64,000 nt of DNA from Leptonemataceae bacterium (GTDB lineage Bacteria > Spirochaetota > Leptospiria > Leptospirales > Leptonemataceae), in contig OZ245742.1 in NCBI GenBank assembly GCA_965227295.1, positions 608,001 through 672,000 of the forward strand, given 5' to 3'. This document shows positions 29,889-39,668 of this stretch, piece after piece (the first letter of the stretch is position 1; each line of letters starts with the position of its first letter). The notes beneath the pieces were generated by a model. The model was not told the origin of the DNA. It did not search any database and was given only the letters and a program-made list of their open reading frames with translations. The position numbers and the translations under genes were made by a program.

Positions 29889-30119
29889 ATGGCCGAGAAT
29901 AGCGCGAAGCAACCGGAAAACGTCCCGGGGAAATGGTACGTCGATACCACCTGTGTCCCCTGTCACGCCTGCGTGGATGAAGCGCCCATGCTCCTGAAGT
30001 ACAGCGACAGCGAAGACTACGTCTACTTCGCACGCCAGCCGGAGAACGCCGACGAAGAGAAGGCCGCGCAGTTCGCCATGCAGGCCTGCCCCACCGAAGC
30101 GATCGGCGACGATGGCTGA
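29889..30119 (+). CDS. Single-cluster ferredoxin
   Basis: [16 protein letters not shown]...[11 protein letters not shown]. Confidence 0.88.
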   Translation: MAENSAKQPENVPGKWYVDTTCVPCHACVDEAPMLLKYSDSEDYVYFARQPENADEEKAAQFAMQACPTEAIGDDG

Positions 30120-31089
30120 ATCTGCCCCGCAGTCTGCCCGGGCGACGACGGCTGCAGCTCCCATCATTCGGATTGAGGACCTGAGCAAGACGTACGCGTC
30201 CGGCCAACCCGCGCTCCGGAACGTGAACCTGGAAATTCAGGCGGGGGAAATCTTCGCTCTGCTCGGACCGAACGGCGCCGGCAAGACCACGCTCATTAGC
30301 ATTGTCTGCGGCATTGTGACACCGGGGAGCGGCACGGTCCTGGTGGGCGGCCACGATATCGTCGCCGACTATCGCGCGTCGCGCTCGTTGATCGGTCTGG
30401 TTCCCCAGGAGCTGTCCACCGATGCCTTTGAATCGGTGTGGGCCACCGTGAACTTCAGCCGCGGCCTCTTCGGTAAAAAGAAAGACCACGCCTTTGTGGA
30501 GAAGATCCTGCGCGATCTTTCGCTGTGGGACAAACGCGATGCGAAGATCATGATGCTCTCCGGCGGCATGAAACGCCGCGTGATGATCGCCAAGGCCCTG
30601 GCCCACGAACCCGAGGTACTGTTCCTCGACGAACCCACGGCCGGCGTCGACGTCGAGCTGCGGCGGGATATGTGGGAGATGGTACGCGGCCTGCGCAAAC
30701 GGGGCGTCACGATCATTCTGACCACGCACTACATTGAAGAAGCCGAGGAGATGGCCGATCGCATCGGCGTCATTCGTAACGGCGAGCTGATCCTCGTCGA
30801 AAACAAAGCCGCGCTAATGCAAAAGCTCGGCCGCAAACAGTTAACGATTCATCTTCAGCAGCAGCTGGACGCACTGCCGGACGGATCGGACTTTGACGGT
30901 CAGCCGCTGGAACTTTCCGAGGACGGCCACTCGCTCATTTACACCTTCGATACCCGGGCGGAGCGCACCGGCATCGCCACGCTGCTGCGCAAGCTCAGCG
31001 AACGCGGCATCGACTTCAAAGATCTGAACACGTCGGAGAGTTCTCTCGAAGACATCTTCGTAAGCCTGGTGCGGGAGGAGCAGCGATGA
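30112..31089 (+). CDS. ABC-2 transporter ATP-binding protein (YadG-like)
   Basis: [28 protein letters not shown]. Confidence 0.92.
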   Translation: MAESAPQSARATTAAAPIIRIEDLSKTYASGQPALRNVNLEIQAGEIFALLGPNGAGKTTLISIVCGIVTPGSGTVLVGGHDIVADYRASRSLIGLVPQELSTDAFESVWATVNFSRGLFGKKKDHAFVEKILRDLSLWDKRDAKIMMLSGGMKRRVMIAKALAHEPEVLFLDEPTAGVDVELRRDMWEMVRGLRKRGVTIILTTHYIEEAEEMADRIGVIRNGELILVENKAALMQKLGRKQLTIHLQQQLDALPDGSDFDGQPLELSEDGHSLIYTFDTRAERTGIATLLRKLSERGIDFKDLNTSESSLEDIFVSLVREEQR

Positions 31090-31847
31090 ATCTCTACGCC
31101 ATCTACGCGATCTATCGTTTCGAAATGGCGCGCTTCGGTCGCACGCTCATGCAGAGCATCTTCTCGCCGGTGATGTCGACGTCGCTCTACTTCGTGGTCT
31201 TCGGGGCGGCCATCGGTTCGCGCATGGTGGAGATCGACGGCGTGAGTTACGGGGCGTTCATCGTACCCGGTCTCGTAATGCTGTCCCTGTTGAACGAAAG
31301 CATTTCCAACGCATCCTTCGGCATCTACATGCCAAAATTTACCGGCACGATTTACGAACTGCTCTCGGCCCCGGTGTCCTTCGTGGAAGTGCTGATCGGC
31401 TACGTCGGCGCGGCCGCGACCAAGTCCATGATCCTCGGCCTGTTGATGCTGCTCACCGCACGACTGTTCGTGGCCTACGAGATCGCGCATCCGCTGTGGA
31501 TGATTGTCTTCCTGGTGCTGACTGCGGTTACGTTCAGTCTGTTCGGTTTTATCATCGGCGTGTGGGCCGACGGCTTCGAGAAGTTGCAGATTGTCCCGCT
31601 CATGATTGTGACACCACTCACGTTTCTCGGCGGCAGCTTTTATTCGATCAAAATGCTGCCGCCGTTGTGGCAGAAGATCTCGCTGTTCAACCCGGTGGTG
31701 TATTTAATCAGCGGTTTTCGTTGGTCGTTCTACGGCGTGGCCGATGTCGACGTCACCTTCAGCCTGGCGATGATCCTGGTTTTTCTTTCGATCTGTCTGG
31801 CCTTCGTCTGGTTCGTCTTCAAGACCGGCTATCGCCTGAAGAATTAG
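31086..31847 (+). CDS. ABC-2 transporter permease (YadH-like)
   Basis: LYFVVFG..IG.R...[33 protein letters not shown]. Confidence 0.92.
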   Translation: MNLYAIYAIYRFEMARFGRTLMQSIFSPVMSTSLYFVVFGAAIGSRMVEIDGVSYGAFIVPGLVMLSLLNESISNASFGIYMPKFTGTIYELLSAPVSFVEVLIGYVGAAATKSMILGLLMLLTARLFVAYEIAHPLWMIVFLVLTAVTFSLFGFIIGVWADGFEKLQIVPLMIVTPLTFLGGSFYSIKMLPPLWQKISLFNPVVYLISGFRWSFYGVADVDVTFSLAMILVFLSICLAFVWFVFKTGYRLKN

Positions 31848-31903
31848 CGCGCTCTAACCGCGCGCTCTCACCGAGAACCCGGGCGTTGCCACGCAGTTGC
31901 CGC

Positions 31904-32473
31904 TCAGTCCTCGCCGGTCGGCTTCTCGTCCACGTCACTCTCATCGTCATCGTCATCGACCGGTTTCTTGTTCGGGTCCTTCACGCCTTCTCGCGTGTTG
32001 CCTTCCAGCGTGATGGGATACGCGATCTCACCGAGAAATGTGTCGAGATAGACGGTGCCGTCCAGCTTGTAGTCGACGTTGCCGCCGCGGATGAGCGCGG
32101 ACAACAGGCCGCCGCCGACCTGAGACGGACTCGTACGAACGTCCAGCGTCACCGTACGTTCTTCGCCGGCGGGGATGCGCACGTTTTCCTTGTGTTCGCC
32201 CTCGGCAATCTGCCGGTCGCTGCCGCCGGTATAGAGTTTGAAGTCCAGGCGATCGAGGATCACCGCACTTGCGTTCGGATTCATGATGCCTACGAAAACG
32301 CGCAGATCGAGCTTCGTCAGTCCCACCTCGGCCACTTCCAGCCCACGGAACTCGAATTCACACTTCTGTAGATTTTCGCGCGGCTCGCGGATGTTGCATT
32401 CCGTTAACAACACAACAATCGCCGCTCCGAGAACGAGTCGATAGATTGAGGACGAGGGATGTTGGAATTTCAT
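31904..32473 (-). CDS. LEA type 2 (WHy domain) lipoprotein
   Basis: Signal peptide plus Cys; NPN motif (IMNPNASAVILDRLDFKLY); acidic tail. Confidence 0.8.
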   Translation of the reverse strand: MKFQHPSSSIYRLVLGAAIVVLLTECNIREPRENLQKCEFEFRGLEVAEVGLTKLDLRVFVGIMNPNASAVILDRLDFKLYTGGSDRQIAEGEHKENVRIPAGEERTVTLDVRTSPSQVGGGLLSALIRGGNVDYKLDGTVYLDTFLGEIAYPITLEGNTREGVKDPNKKPVDDDDDESDVDEKPTGED

Positions 32474-32515
32474 TTTGACAGCTCCGCCGGATTTGTGAGT
32501 TCGTTGAGATAGTTG

Positions 32516-33607
32516 ATGAAGGGCGAGAATTACTTTTCTCCGGGTTATCGCTCGGCCCGCAAGCGATTTCGCAAGGCCGCGAAAAAAGCCGGCGCAAAAC
32601 TCTGGAAACTTCACTGGGGACTGCGGGGCGTCTTCGGTGAAAAGCTGGCCGTAGACGTTGCCCTGCTCGGCTCAAAGAAAGCTCGTCGGGTCCTCATTCA
32701 CAGCTCCGGCGTCCACGGCGTGGAGGGCTTCGCCGGCTCGGCCATCCAGCTGAAGCTGCTGGAACAACCGCCGGATCTTCCGGAAGACGGGGCGCTTGTA
32801 ATCATCCACTGCGTCAATCCGTACGGCATGTCCCAACATCGGCGGGTCAACGAATCCAATGTGGATCTCAATCGCAACTTTCTGAAGAAAGGCCAGTGGT
32901 ACGGCGCACACGAGGGCTACCATGTTCTGCACTCGCTGTTGAATCCGGCGCATTTGCCGCGCCTGGATCTGTTCATGCCGAAGTTGGTTTATAAGATCGC
33001 GCGCCACGGATGGGACTACCTCAAGCAGGCCGGGGCGGAGGGACAGTATGAATATCCGGAAGGCCTCTTCTTCGGCGGCAACAACCTGGAGCCCGGGCCA
33101 CGACTCCTGATGAAGTGGGTCAAAAAAAATCTTAAGCGTGCACGGCGGATCTGCGCCATCGATGTGCACACGGGTGTCGGCGAGTCCGGCCAGGACTGGC
33201 TGATCGTTGATCGAACTTCAGACGGTAACTATGCCAGCCACCTGAGTCCCCACTACGACGGCAATCGACTGGATACGAACTTCGACGTATCATACCAGAA
33301 CAAAGGCGGCCTGGATGCGGGCTTCGTGAAAACTCTAAAGAACGATGTCGCCCTGGACTTCGTGACCCAGGAATTCGGGACGGTCTCGGGGCCGAAGCTT
33401 TTGTCTGCGCTACGGCGGGAAAACCACTACTTCCGCCAGGGCGCAGACACGGATCACCCGGCTCGCCGCAAACTCAAAGACGTTTTCTCGCCGCCGTCTC
33501 TACAATGGGAGCGCGACGTCGTGGAAAACGGCCTGCGCCTGGTAGAACGCACCGCGCAGTTCCTCTTTGGGCGCGGTGTCATTGTGCCGCCCGATGCGGA
33601 CGCCTGA
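32516..33607 (+). CDS. M14-like zinc metallopeptidase (DUF2817 family)
   Basis: YFS..Y..AR.RF, SGVHGVEGFAGS, NPYGM...RRVNESNVDLNRNF, IDVHTG.G, EFGT. Confidence 0.88.
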   Translation: MKGENYFSPGYRSARKRFRKAAKKAGAKLWKLHWGLRGVFGEKLAVDVALLGSKKARRVLIHSSGVHGVEGFAGSAIQLKLLEQPPDLPEDGALVIIHCVNPYGMSQHRRVNESNVDLNRNFLKKGQWYGAHEGYHVLHSLLNPAHLPRLDLFMPKLVYKIARHGWDYLKQAGAEGQYEYPEGLFFGGNNLEPGPRLLMKWVKKNLKRARRICAIDVHTGVGESGQDWLIVDRTSDGNYASHLSPHYDGNRLDTNFDVSYQNKGGLDAGFVKTLKNDVALDFVTQEFGTVSGPKLLSALRRENHYFRQGADTDHPARRKLKDVFSPPSLQWERDVVENGLRLVERTAQFLFGRGVIVPPDADA

Positions 33608-34228
33608 TCACCTTCGCCGCCGGGTCTCTCGCTGACGCTGAATCAATCCATACGACCTGCGATCGTTGTAGTATTCGATCCGTAAGGTCATGGGCAGCCA
33701 ATCTCGGTGTTTCGGACGCAGTCTGAGTCGGCGCTCGTACCGGTTTTGTGCAAAAAACAACCGCTCGATAAACTCCAACCGATTCGGATAGGCGTGATCG
33801 TATGCCTCCAGGGAATTTGTAGGAACTCGTACACATCCGTCCCCACCCCCTGTAAGTTCGAGCCGGGCAAGCCAGACAAATAACAGACATCGGGACACGC
33901 CGAGGAACGCCGCGATCAAACCGAGCTCGATCCAGACCTCGTTCTCCACACGAAATGAAACCTTGCGCGGGCAAGTACCGGCCGCTTGATAGCGTCGCTT
34001 CACTCCGCCCATCTGCGGGAGCCCATGCTCAAGACATAAGCCGCGGTACTTTCGGACCAGCCTTCGCACGAACCGCCCGAGGCCCCATCCATGCTCGGCG
34101 AGTAGAGTTTTCAATTCATCGGCGATTTCGATTGGAATCAAGAGGCTGCACGGGGTGGCCACGGACGCATAACGATGATCCGTGTTTCGGCTGTACTCCA
34201 GTTCGGTGCGATATCGTGTGGGTTGCAT
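33608..34228 (-). CDS. DUF1564-like protein (Leptospira-expanded family)
   Basis: CSLLIP...L..LVRKY...K..YQ..G...KVSFRV....WIELG.IA..LGVSRC.LFV pattern. Confidence 0.7.
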   Translation of the reverse strand: MQPTRYRTELEYSRNTDHRYASVATPCSLLIPIEIADELKTLLAEHGWGLGRFVRRLVRKYRGLCLEHGLPQMGGVKRRYQAAGTCPRKVSFRVENEVWIELGLIAAFLGVSRCLLFVWLARLELTGGGDGCVRVPTNSLEAYDHAYPNRLEFIERLFFAQNRYERRLRLRPKHRDWLPMTLRIEYYNDRRSYGLIQRQRETRRRR

Positions 34229-34317
34229 TGTGACCTCCGCCGGAAGAACAATCGAAAAGCGACGATCGTTTCACAAAAAACGGCCACCCAGCAAATATTT
34301 GTGCTCAATACGAATCG

Positions 34318-34809
34318 CTACAATCTGTCCTCAACGGTCAGGGGAAACTTCAGCTCGCCAAAACTCTCTGTTTCCACAAAGGCATGACCCTTGAGCCGGT
34401 AAAGGACCTGCCCGTTGGATAGAGACGATAGGACCCCGGCGCCGACCTGGGCCACGGTCGTTTGAAAATCCAGAGTGATCACCTGTCGTTCCGCAGATTG
34501 GATCGTGACCTGCTCTTCATGGCTGCCCTTCCCGGCGTTGTTATTATTGATGAACAGATCGAACGCCAGTCGATCGACGATCACGGGATACGGATTAGGA
34601 TTGGTGATTCCGAGCAAAATCTTGAGCTTCAGATCGAGCGCCGACTGAGCTTCAATCTGCACATCCTCCAGATCAAACTCACAGCGACGAATACTCTCCC
34701 GCTGGAGAATTCCCGCCAGCACCTGGCATCCCATCATACTCCCGCCACAGAACACAAGCATAACGGCCAACAGAGCCTTTCGCACCACGCCCATCCTATT
34801 CACGATCAT
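34318..34809 (-). CDS. LEA type 2 (WHy domain) lipoprotein
   Basis: Signal peptide with MMGC; ITNPNPYPVIVDRLAFDLF; start codon uncertain (34794-34833). Confidence 0.8.
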   Translation of the reverse strand: MIVNRMGVVRKALLAVMLVFCGGSMMGCQVLAGILQRESIRRCEFDLEDVQIEAQSALDLKLKILLGITNPNPYPVIVDRLAFDLFINNNNAGKGSHEEQVTIQSAERQVITLDFQTTVAQVGAGVLSSLSNGQVLYRLKGHAFVETESFGELKFPLTVEDRL

Positions 34810-34857
34810 CCCTCGAACCTCCGGAACACTCAAAGCAAACCTATCCAGTGCGCGAAC

Positions 34858-36891
34858 TCAGAACCGACGCAGACGATAAGTCATCTCGCTCAAGATCTTT
34901 TCAAAATCTACGCCGCCCAGTGTCACGCTGTAAATCGCCCACGCCACGGGATACTTCTCCGGATCAATGCGAATCAACTGCGACAGATGCTTAATACCCA
35001 TAAGCCCCGCCGACTTGTACTCCGGATCGGCCGTTCCGTAGACCAGGTCATGCCCGTACTGGCGATCATGGGCATCCTGCCCGAAACAACTGAGCATAAG
35101 ATCCGTGAGGCCGCTCAGCCCTTCAAACGTACTCTCTTTGCCGCCCAGTTCCACACCGATCGTGCTCATCTCACGAAAGATGCGATTCGAAATATGAAAC
35201 AATGCATTGTCGCTGTTCCCGCCCAGGTTGATTTCATAGTAGCCGTCCAGCAGACCGACACCAAGCGCATAGATATTCTTCAACGCCCCGCCTAATTGAA
35301 GCCCGCGCACGTCATCCGGATTCACCGCGGGCCGGGTAAAGACGTAGCCGGTACTGAACAGTTTCGCCAGGTGCCCGACCATATCCGGATTCCGTGCCGC
35401 CACCTCAAATCCCGAAATCTTACGTTCAAGAATTTGATCCGGATAATTCGCGCCGGCCACAACGGCCATCCGGCTCTGATCCACCCCGTAAATCTTTTCG
35501 AGATCCTCCGTGACCAGACCGTACTGTGATCCGGTAAACCCTTTGACCATGTTAATGATCGGTGCCTGACTTTTAGCCAGGCGATCCTTGATCGGTCCGT
35601 AGTAACGATCCAGTTCCCAGGGCCGCACACCGTTAATGAAAATCGTCGCATCCTCCAGGTCCGCGCTTTCGGAGGTGAACTCGATGTTCGGCGGCAGCTT
35701 GAAGATGGGATAGTTGTCCGCATCAAGATTGCGCTCGTTGAAGTATTCGGCCTTCTCCGCCTCGTCGATGTAAATGCGCACGCGTACTTTCTTGTTCGCA
35801 AGAATCGTAGCCGCCGCCGTACTGTATGGGGAATGACCGATCACGGCGATCTGCTCCACCGGCGCCCTCGGAATGGCGATCAGTTCGTTCGCGTCCGGCG
35901 ACGTGGCGTCCCCGCGATACAGGTTCCGGTACGTCCCGTGGCGGTGCCGGTGCAGATTCTGACCGATCAACAGCGCCAGGTTATCGATGATGAATTGCTT
36001 TTTATCGCCGCTGCCCGACGGCATCTCCAGGCGATCCACGTAGTCCGGCAACTCGTCCATTAACTTCGACGGAAGTTTCCCTACGAGGATGGGCTTGCCG
36101 ATCGAAAGTTTGCCGTGGGCCGCGTTGAACATGAACGTCCCCGCGGGCAGAACCTTCTCCGTTCCTTCCAACGATACCGGAATGATCACCTTGTTCGCAA
36201 CGTAGTGGTACACGGTGTCGACGAAATTGATCAGCTTGCCGGTACGCGAGCGCGTACCCTCCGGAAATATCGCGATGACCTTGCCCTGTTTCTGCAACTG
36301 CTGCGACTGCCGGAACGAACGCATATTGATGCGCGTCATCAGGTCCGCCATACCCGGGTTATCGGCCATGTCCCGCTTCGAGCAGACGAGCAGCGTGTTG
36401 ATCATATACAGACCCAGGCGCGTGAAGTCCGGCTCAAAGGCCAGGCGGCCGGCAATGAAAACGAGATTGTCCGCGAGCTCCCGGGCCGCCCCGCCTTCTT
36501 TGTAAAGAAGATTGTAGATGGCGACCGTATCGAAGTGGCTCACGTGATTCGAAATGAGCACCATGGGAAACTTACCTCGCAGTCCCACGATGTGCGGCAG
36601 GTTCTCTTTGCCCTCGATGTGAAAGTTGCGCATGAGCGGCTGGAAGAACTCGGTCATGAAATCCCGAATAAACGGAATCTTCTGCGTGTAGACACCCACC
36701 TCCTCCAGCGCAGTCGGCTCCCGAAAGCTCTCCATGACCTTCGGCATCGGTGTCTCGCCGGAGAGCTTCAGGAACTTCATGAGCAGTTCCCGGGCCCGCT
36801 CCTCGCTGATCCCGTACTTCACGAAGTTTTCTATGTTCTTGAAAAACTCCCGCTGCCAGGGAGCGTGAGTCCCGCCTTCTTTTTCCGCCAT
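34858..36891 (-). CDS. Fused 1-acyl-sn-glycerol-3-phosphate acyltransferase (PlsC-like) and NAD(P)H glycerol-3-phosphate dehydrogenase (GpsA-like)
   Basis: SNHVSHFD (HxxxxD) and IFPEGTRS; then KG, GANY, GGALKNIYA, GLSGLTDL..SC. Confidence 0.88.
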   Translation of the reverse strand: MAEKEGGTHAPWQREFFKNIENFVKYGISEERARELLMKFLKLSGETPMPKVMESFREPTALEEVGVYTQKIPFIRDFMTEFFQPLMRNFHIEGKENLPHIVGLRGKFPMVLISNHVSHFDTVAIYNLLYKEGGAARELADNLVFIAGRLAFEPDFTRLGLYMINTLLVCSKRDMADNPGMADLMTRINMRSFRQSQQLQKQGKVIAIFPEGTRSRTGKLINFVDTVYHYVANKVIIPVSLEGTEKVLPAGTFMFNAAHGKLSIGKPILVGKLPSKLMDELPDYVDRLEMPSGSGDKKQFIIDNLALLIGQNLHRHRHGTYRNLYRGDATSPDANELIAIPRAPVEQIAVIGHSPYSTAAATILANKKVRVRIYIDEAEKAEYFNERNLDADNYPIFKLPPNIEFTSESADLEDATIFINGVRPWELDRYYGPIKDRLAKSQAPIINMVKGFTGSQYGLVTEDLEKIYGVDQSRMAVVAGANYPDQILERKISGFEVAARNPDMVGHLAKLFSTGYVFTRPAVNPDDVRGLQLGGALKNIYALGVGLLDGYYEINLGGNSDNALFHISNRIFREMSTIGVELGGKESTFEGLSGLTDLMLSCFGQDAHDRQYGHDLVYGTADPEYKSAGLMGIKHLSQLIRIDPEKYPVAWAIYSVTLGGVDFEKILSEMTYRLRRF

Positions 36892-37052
36892 GGCGTTTCC
36901 GTACCCCGCCGTCCACAGGGCGGGCAATACCTTTTTTTGTATTTCGCCGAAGGCTGCCCGGAACACGCGTTCCCATACGCCGGAAAAGGGATTGACCGGC
37001 AGGGCCCATCCGGCGATGCGAAAGCTGCGGCGGCAGCCGCGGAGCCCCACCT

Positions 37053-38315
37053 CTGGCACGCACACCGAAAAAAAAGGGACAGTCGTCCGGTAAGGATTCC
37101 TCCTCCCGCGGCACCGGCGGACGTCGAAACGGCGGGAATTCCGGCGGCAAACGGGGCCGCAAAGCCGCAGCCACCCCCGATCCCCTGCGCGTGGACGACG
37201 AGTACGCGACTCACCTGCGCGACGAAAGCGCCCCGGCCGGCCGACGCCCCCTGTCGCGCCGATCCGGCCGCACATTTCACGAGCTCTGGGAGGACGCCCG
37301 GGCCCGTTTCGAAGATTTTCTGAGCCGTGTCCACAAGCGCGGCCGGGAGCGCCTCACCATCATGGTGATCCCGCACACCGAGCAGAAAATCCTCAACGCC
37401 CACGTCAGCCTCTATGCCATCACCATCAGCCTGGCCGCGCTGGTTCTGGTCCTGGTCATCTCCATGGTGAGCCTGGTCGGCAAGAGCGGGGAAGACATCC
37501 AGTACTACGACATGGGCCTCACGAACTCGCAGTTCAACCTGCAGAGCGTGAAGATGGCGGAGGAGATGATTCCCCTCCACGAACTGGTAAACGATTACGC
37601 GGCAACGATTACGGAACTCTACGTCAAGCTCGACGGCGACGAAGACGCCTTGCTCGGCCAGGGCGGCGTCGCCCAGAGCGTCATCGATTCCGAGGTGGAT
37701 CAGCTCCGCGAACTCGTCGCGCAATGCCGGGCCGCCGGAGACGACTGCGACCAGCGGACCACCGAAGAAATCTTACGGCGGGTCATCTACCTCTCCCGTC
37801 AGGACAACCACAACCTCAAGAAGGCTGTAGAGATTTCGGATCGTATTCTCGCCGAACTCGGCACCCGGGAAAAACAAAATCTCCTCGGCAACACGCCGAG
37901 CATCTGGCCCACCCGTGGTTACGTGCTCAGTCCTTACGGCACCCAGACCGACGCCGTGGTCCAGGGCCGGGACTACTTTCATCGCGGCATTCGCATCGGC
38001 GCGTTGCCCGGCACCGAGGTCTACGCCACCGCCCCCGGCGAAATCGTAGACGTCGCCTACGATGAATCCTACGGCCTGCAAATTCGAGTGAAACATCGCT
38101 ACGGTCTGGCCACATTCTACGCCCACCTCGATCGCACGCGCGTCGAGAAGGGCGACCAGGTCACGAAGGGCGAGGTCATCGGTTATGTCGGTCGCAGCGG
38201 CGCCGTTCCCGAGCCCATGTTATACTACGAAGTGCATGTGGGAACGGTTGCCTACAACCCCCATGCCTTCCTCAATCATTTACAGGATCAATGGCTGATT
38301 CGTCCGAGAACCTGA
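37053..38315 (+). CDS. M23 family metallopeptidase with N-terminal TM anchor
   Basis: LTIMVIPH, one TM, coiled coil, TPSIWP..G, HRGI.I, YAHL (HxH-like), LYYEV. Start uncertain: CTG 37053 with GGAG RBS, or GTG 37191. Confidence 0.85.
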   Translation: MARTPKKKGQSSGKDSSSRGTGGRRNGGNSGGKRGRKAAATPDPLRVDDEYATHLRDESAPAGRRPLSRRSGRTFHELWEDARARFEDFLSRVHKRGRERLTIMVIPHTEQKILNAHVSLYAITISLAALVLVLVISMVSLVGKSGEDIQYYDMGLTNSQFNLQSVKMAEEMIPLHELVNDYAATITELYVKLDGDEDALLGQGGVAQSVIDSEVDQLRELVAQCRAAGDDCDQRTTEEILRRVIYLSRQDNHNLKKAVEISDRILAELGTREKQNLLGNTPSIWPTRGYVLSPYGTQTDAVVQGRDYFHRGIRIGALPGTEVYATAPGEIVDVAYDESYGLQIRVKHRYGLATFYAHLDRTRVEKGDQVTKGEVIGYVGRSGAVPEPMLYYEVHVGTVAYNPHAFLNHLQDQWLIRPRT

Positions 38316-38629
38316 TCGTCAACAGCCTGATCGGTGAGGGCTCGGAGTTCCGCGGTGAGTTTAAGGTCAAAGACCTCATTCGCATTGACGGTTATTTCAA
38401 GGGCAACATCATCACCGAAGGCAAGGTCCTGGTCGGGCGCTCCGGCATCGTGGAGACGGACATCCGCGCCGGTGTCGTCGTCGTGGGCGGCGAGGTTCGC
38501 GGCTCCATTCACGCGACGCGCCGTGTCACGCTGCTGTCCACCTGCAAGCTCTACGGTGATGTGGTGACGCGCAGCCTGGTCGTCGAAGAAGGCGTCGTCT
38601 TCGAAGGCCGCTGCACCATCAACCGCTGA
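38291..38629 (+). CDS. Bactofilin (polymer-forming cytoskeletal protein)
   Basis: SLIGEGSEFRGE...IRIDG.FKGNI...G.V..DI.A..VVVGG.V.G.I...EEGVVFEG.C. Confidence 0.92.
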   Translation: MADSSENLIVNSLIGEGSEFRGEFKVKDLIRIDGYFKGNIITEGKVLVGRSGIVETDIRAGVVVVGGEVRGSIHATRRVTLLSTCKLYGDVVTRSLVVEEGVVFEGRCTINR

Positions 38630-38705
38630 GCGCGATCGAGTGCGATCGTAACCGGATTTTCCACGATTCTTTTGGCGCGACGATCATCGCGCTTCCGCGA
38701 AATGC

Positions 38706-39605
38706 TTGTCAGATCTCCGAAAGACTGAGATCGTAGAGTACGAAGCCGCAATCATGGAAAGTTATCTAAAAGAAGTCTCAGATCTCAGCACGATCGAAAA
38801 AGGCTCGGTGGTGCGCCGGCAAGGCAACGGCAAGAACCAACAGGGTCACTACGTGCGCCCGGCGGATGAAGGCGAAGGCCTCATCGTCGCCGAGGTGCTG
38901 GACCTGAGCACCGGCGAGTACATCGCCGAGGCCGGCATCCTGCGCCCCACGGACGGCGACACCTTCTATGTGCACCAGTCCCGCTTCGGCCAGGACGCCG
39001 AGAAAACCCAGTCGGCCCTGGAAGTCGTAAAATCCTGGAGCCTCTTCGAAAAATCTCCGGCGCTGCATCAGGACATTCTGGCCTTCGTGCAGGCGGCGTT
39101 TTCGCCGGAGCAAGTCCTGGCCTGGAAACGCAACGACGAACTCAAAAACCTGTTCGTACCCATTCAGCAGAAGTTTAAGATCGGCCGCTTTGAAGAAAAG
39201 ATCGACTACGACAAGGTCCGCGAAGAGCGCTTCGGCGAACAGCTCGTCGCCCTGCACAGCGGCAAACACATGACCTACGTCGCCTTCATTCCCCGCGAGG
39301 GCAGCCACAAGCCCATGTTTTACTCCATCGGCACCAAGCCGCACCTGGAGACCCTGAAGAACCTGGAGCGCGAGCCCTTCGCGTTTCGCCCGAACCACGG
39401 CGGGCACATCAAGTGCGTCATCGAAGAAGCGGGCGAGCAGAAGCAATTCCTCGTCGACGCCGGTTCCAACGATCTGGGCGCCGGCATGCACACGTCCGTG
39501 GCCATCGCCGAAATGGTCGTCGAAGCGCTGCTGGAGTTGTATCCGGATCACGCCTATAAGCCGTTACCGGGGCGGGAAGCGTTTGGTTTGCAGCAGAGTT
39601 ATTGA
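38706..39605 (+). CDS. Hypothetical protein
   Basis: 299-aa ORF with strong GC3 codon bias; no family recognised. Confidence 0.75.
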   Translation: MSDLRKTEIVEYEAAIMESYLKEVSDLSTIEKGSVVRRQGNGKNQQGHYVRPADEGEGLIVAEVLDLSTGEYIAEAGILRPTDGDTFYVHQSRFGQDAEKTQSALEVVKSWSLFEKSPALHQDILAFVQAAFSPEQVLAWKRNDELKNLFVPIQQKFKIGRFEEKIDYDKVREERFGEQLVALHSGKHMTYVAFIPREGSHKPMFYSIGTKPHLETLKNLEREPFAFRPNHGGHIKCVIEEAGEQKQFLVDAGSNDLGAGMHTSVAIAEMVVEALLELYPDHAYKPLPGREAFGLQQSY

Positions 39606-39668
39606 GAGATCGCGGACGCCCTGTACGGCTTCGCGTCTTTTCTATGACTCTGCCATTAGCTCCGGGGG

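Noticed and set aside
28852-30729. 625-aa minus-strand ORF
   Set aside because: Antisense to photolyase, ferredoxin and ABC ATPase, which all have clear motifs.
36892-37275. 127-aa N-terminal extension of the PlsC-GpsA ORF, and similar extensions on the helicase, dusA, substrate-binding and J-domain ORFs
   Set aside because: They overlap neighbouring genes and are compositionally non-protein-like; downstream ATG starts fit better.
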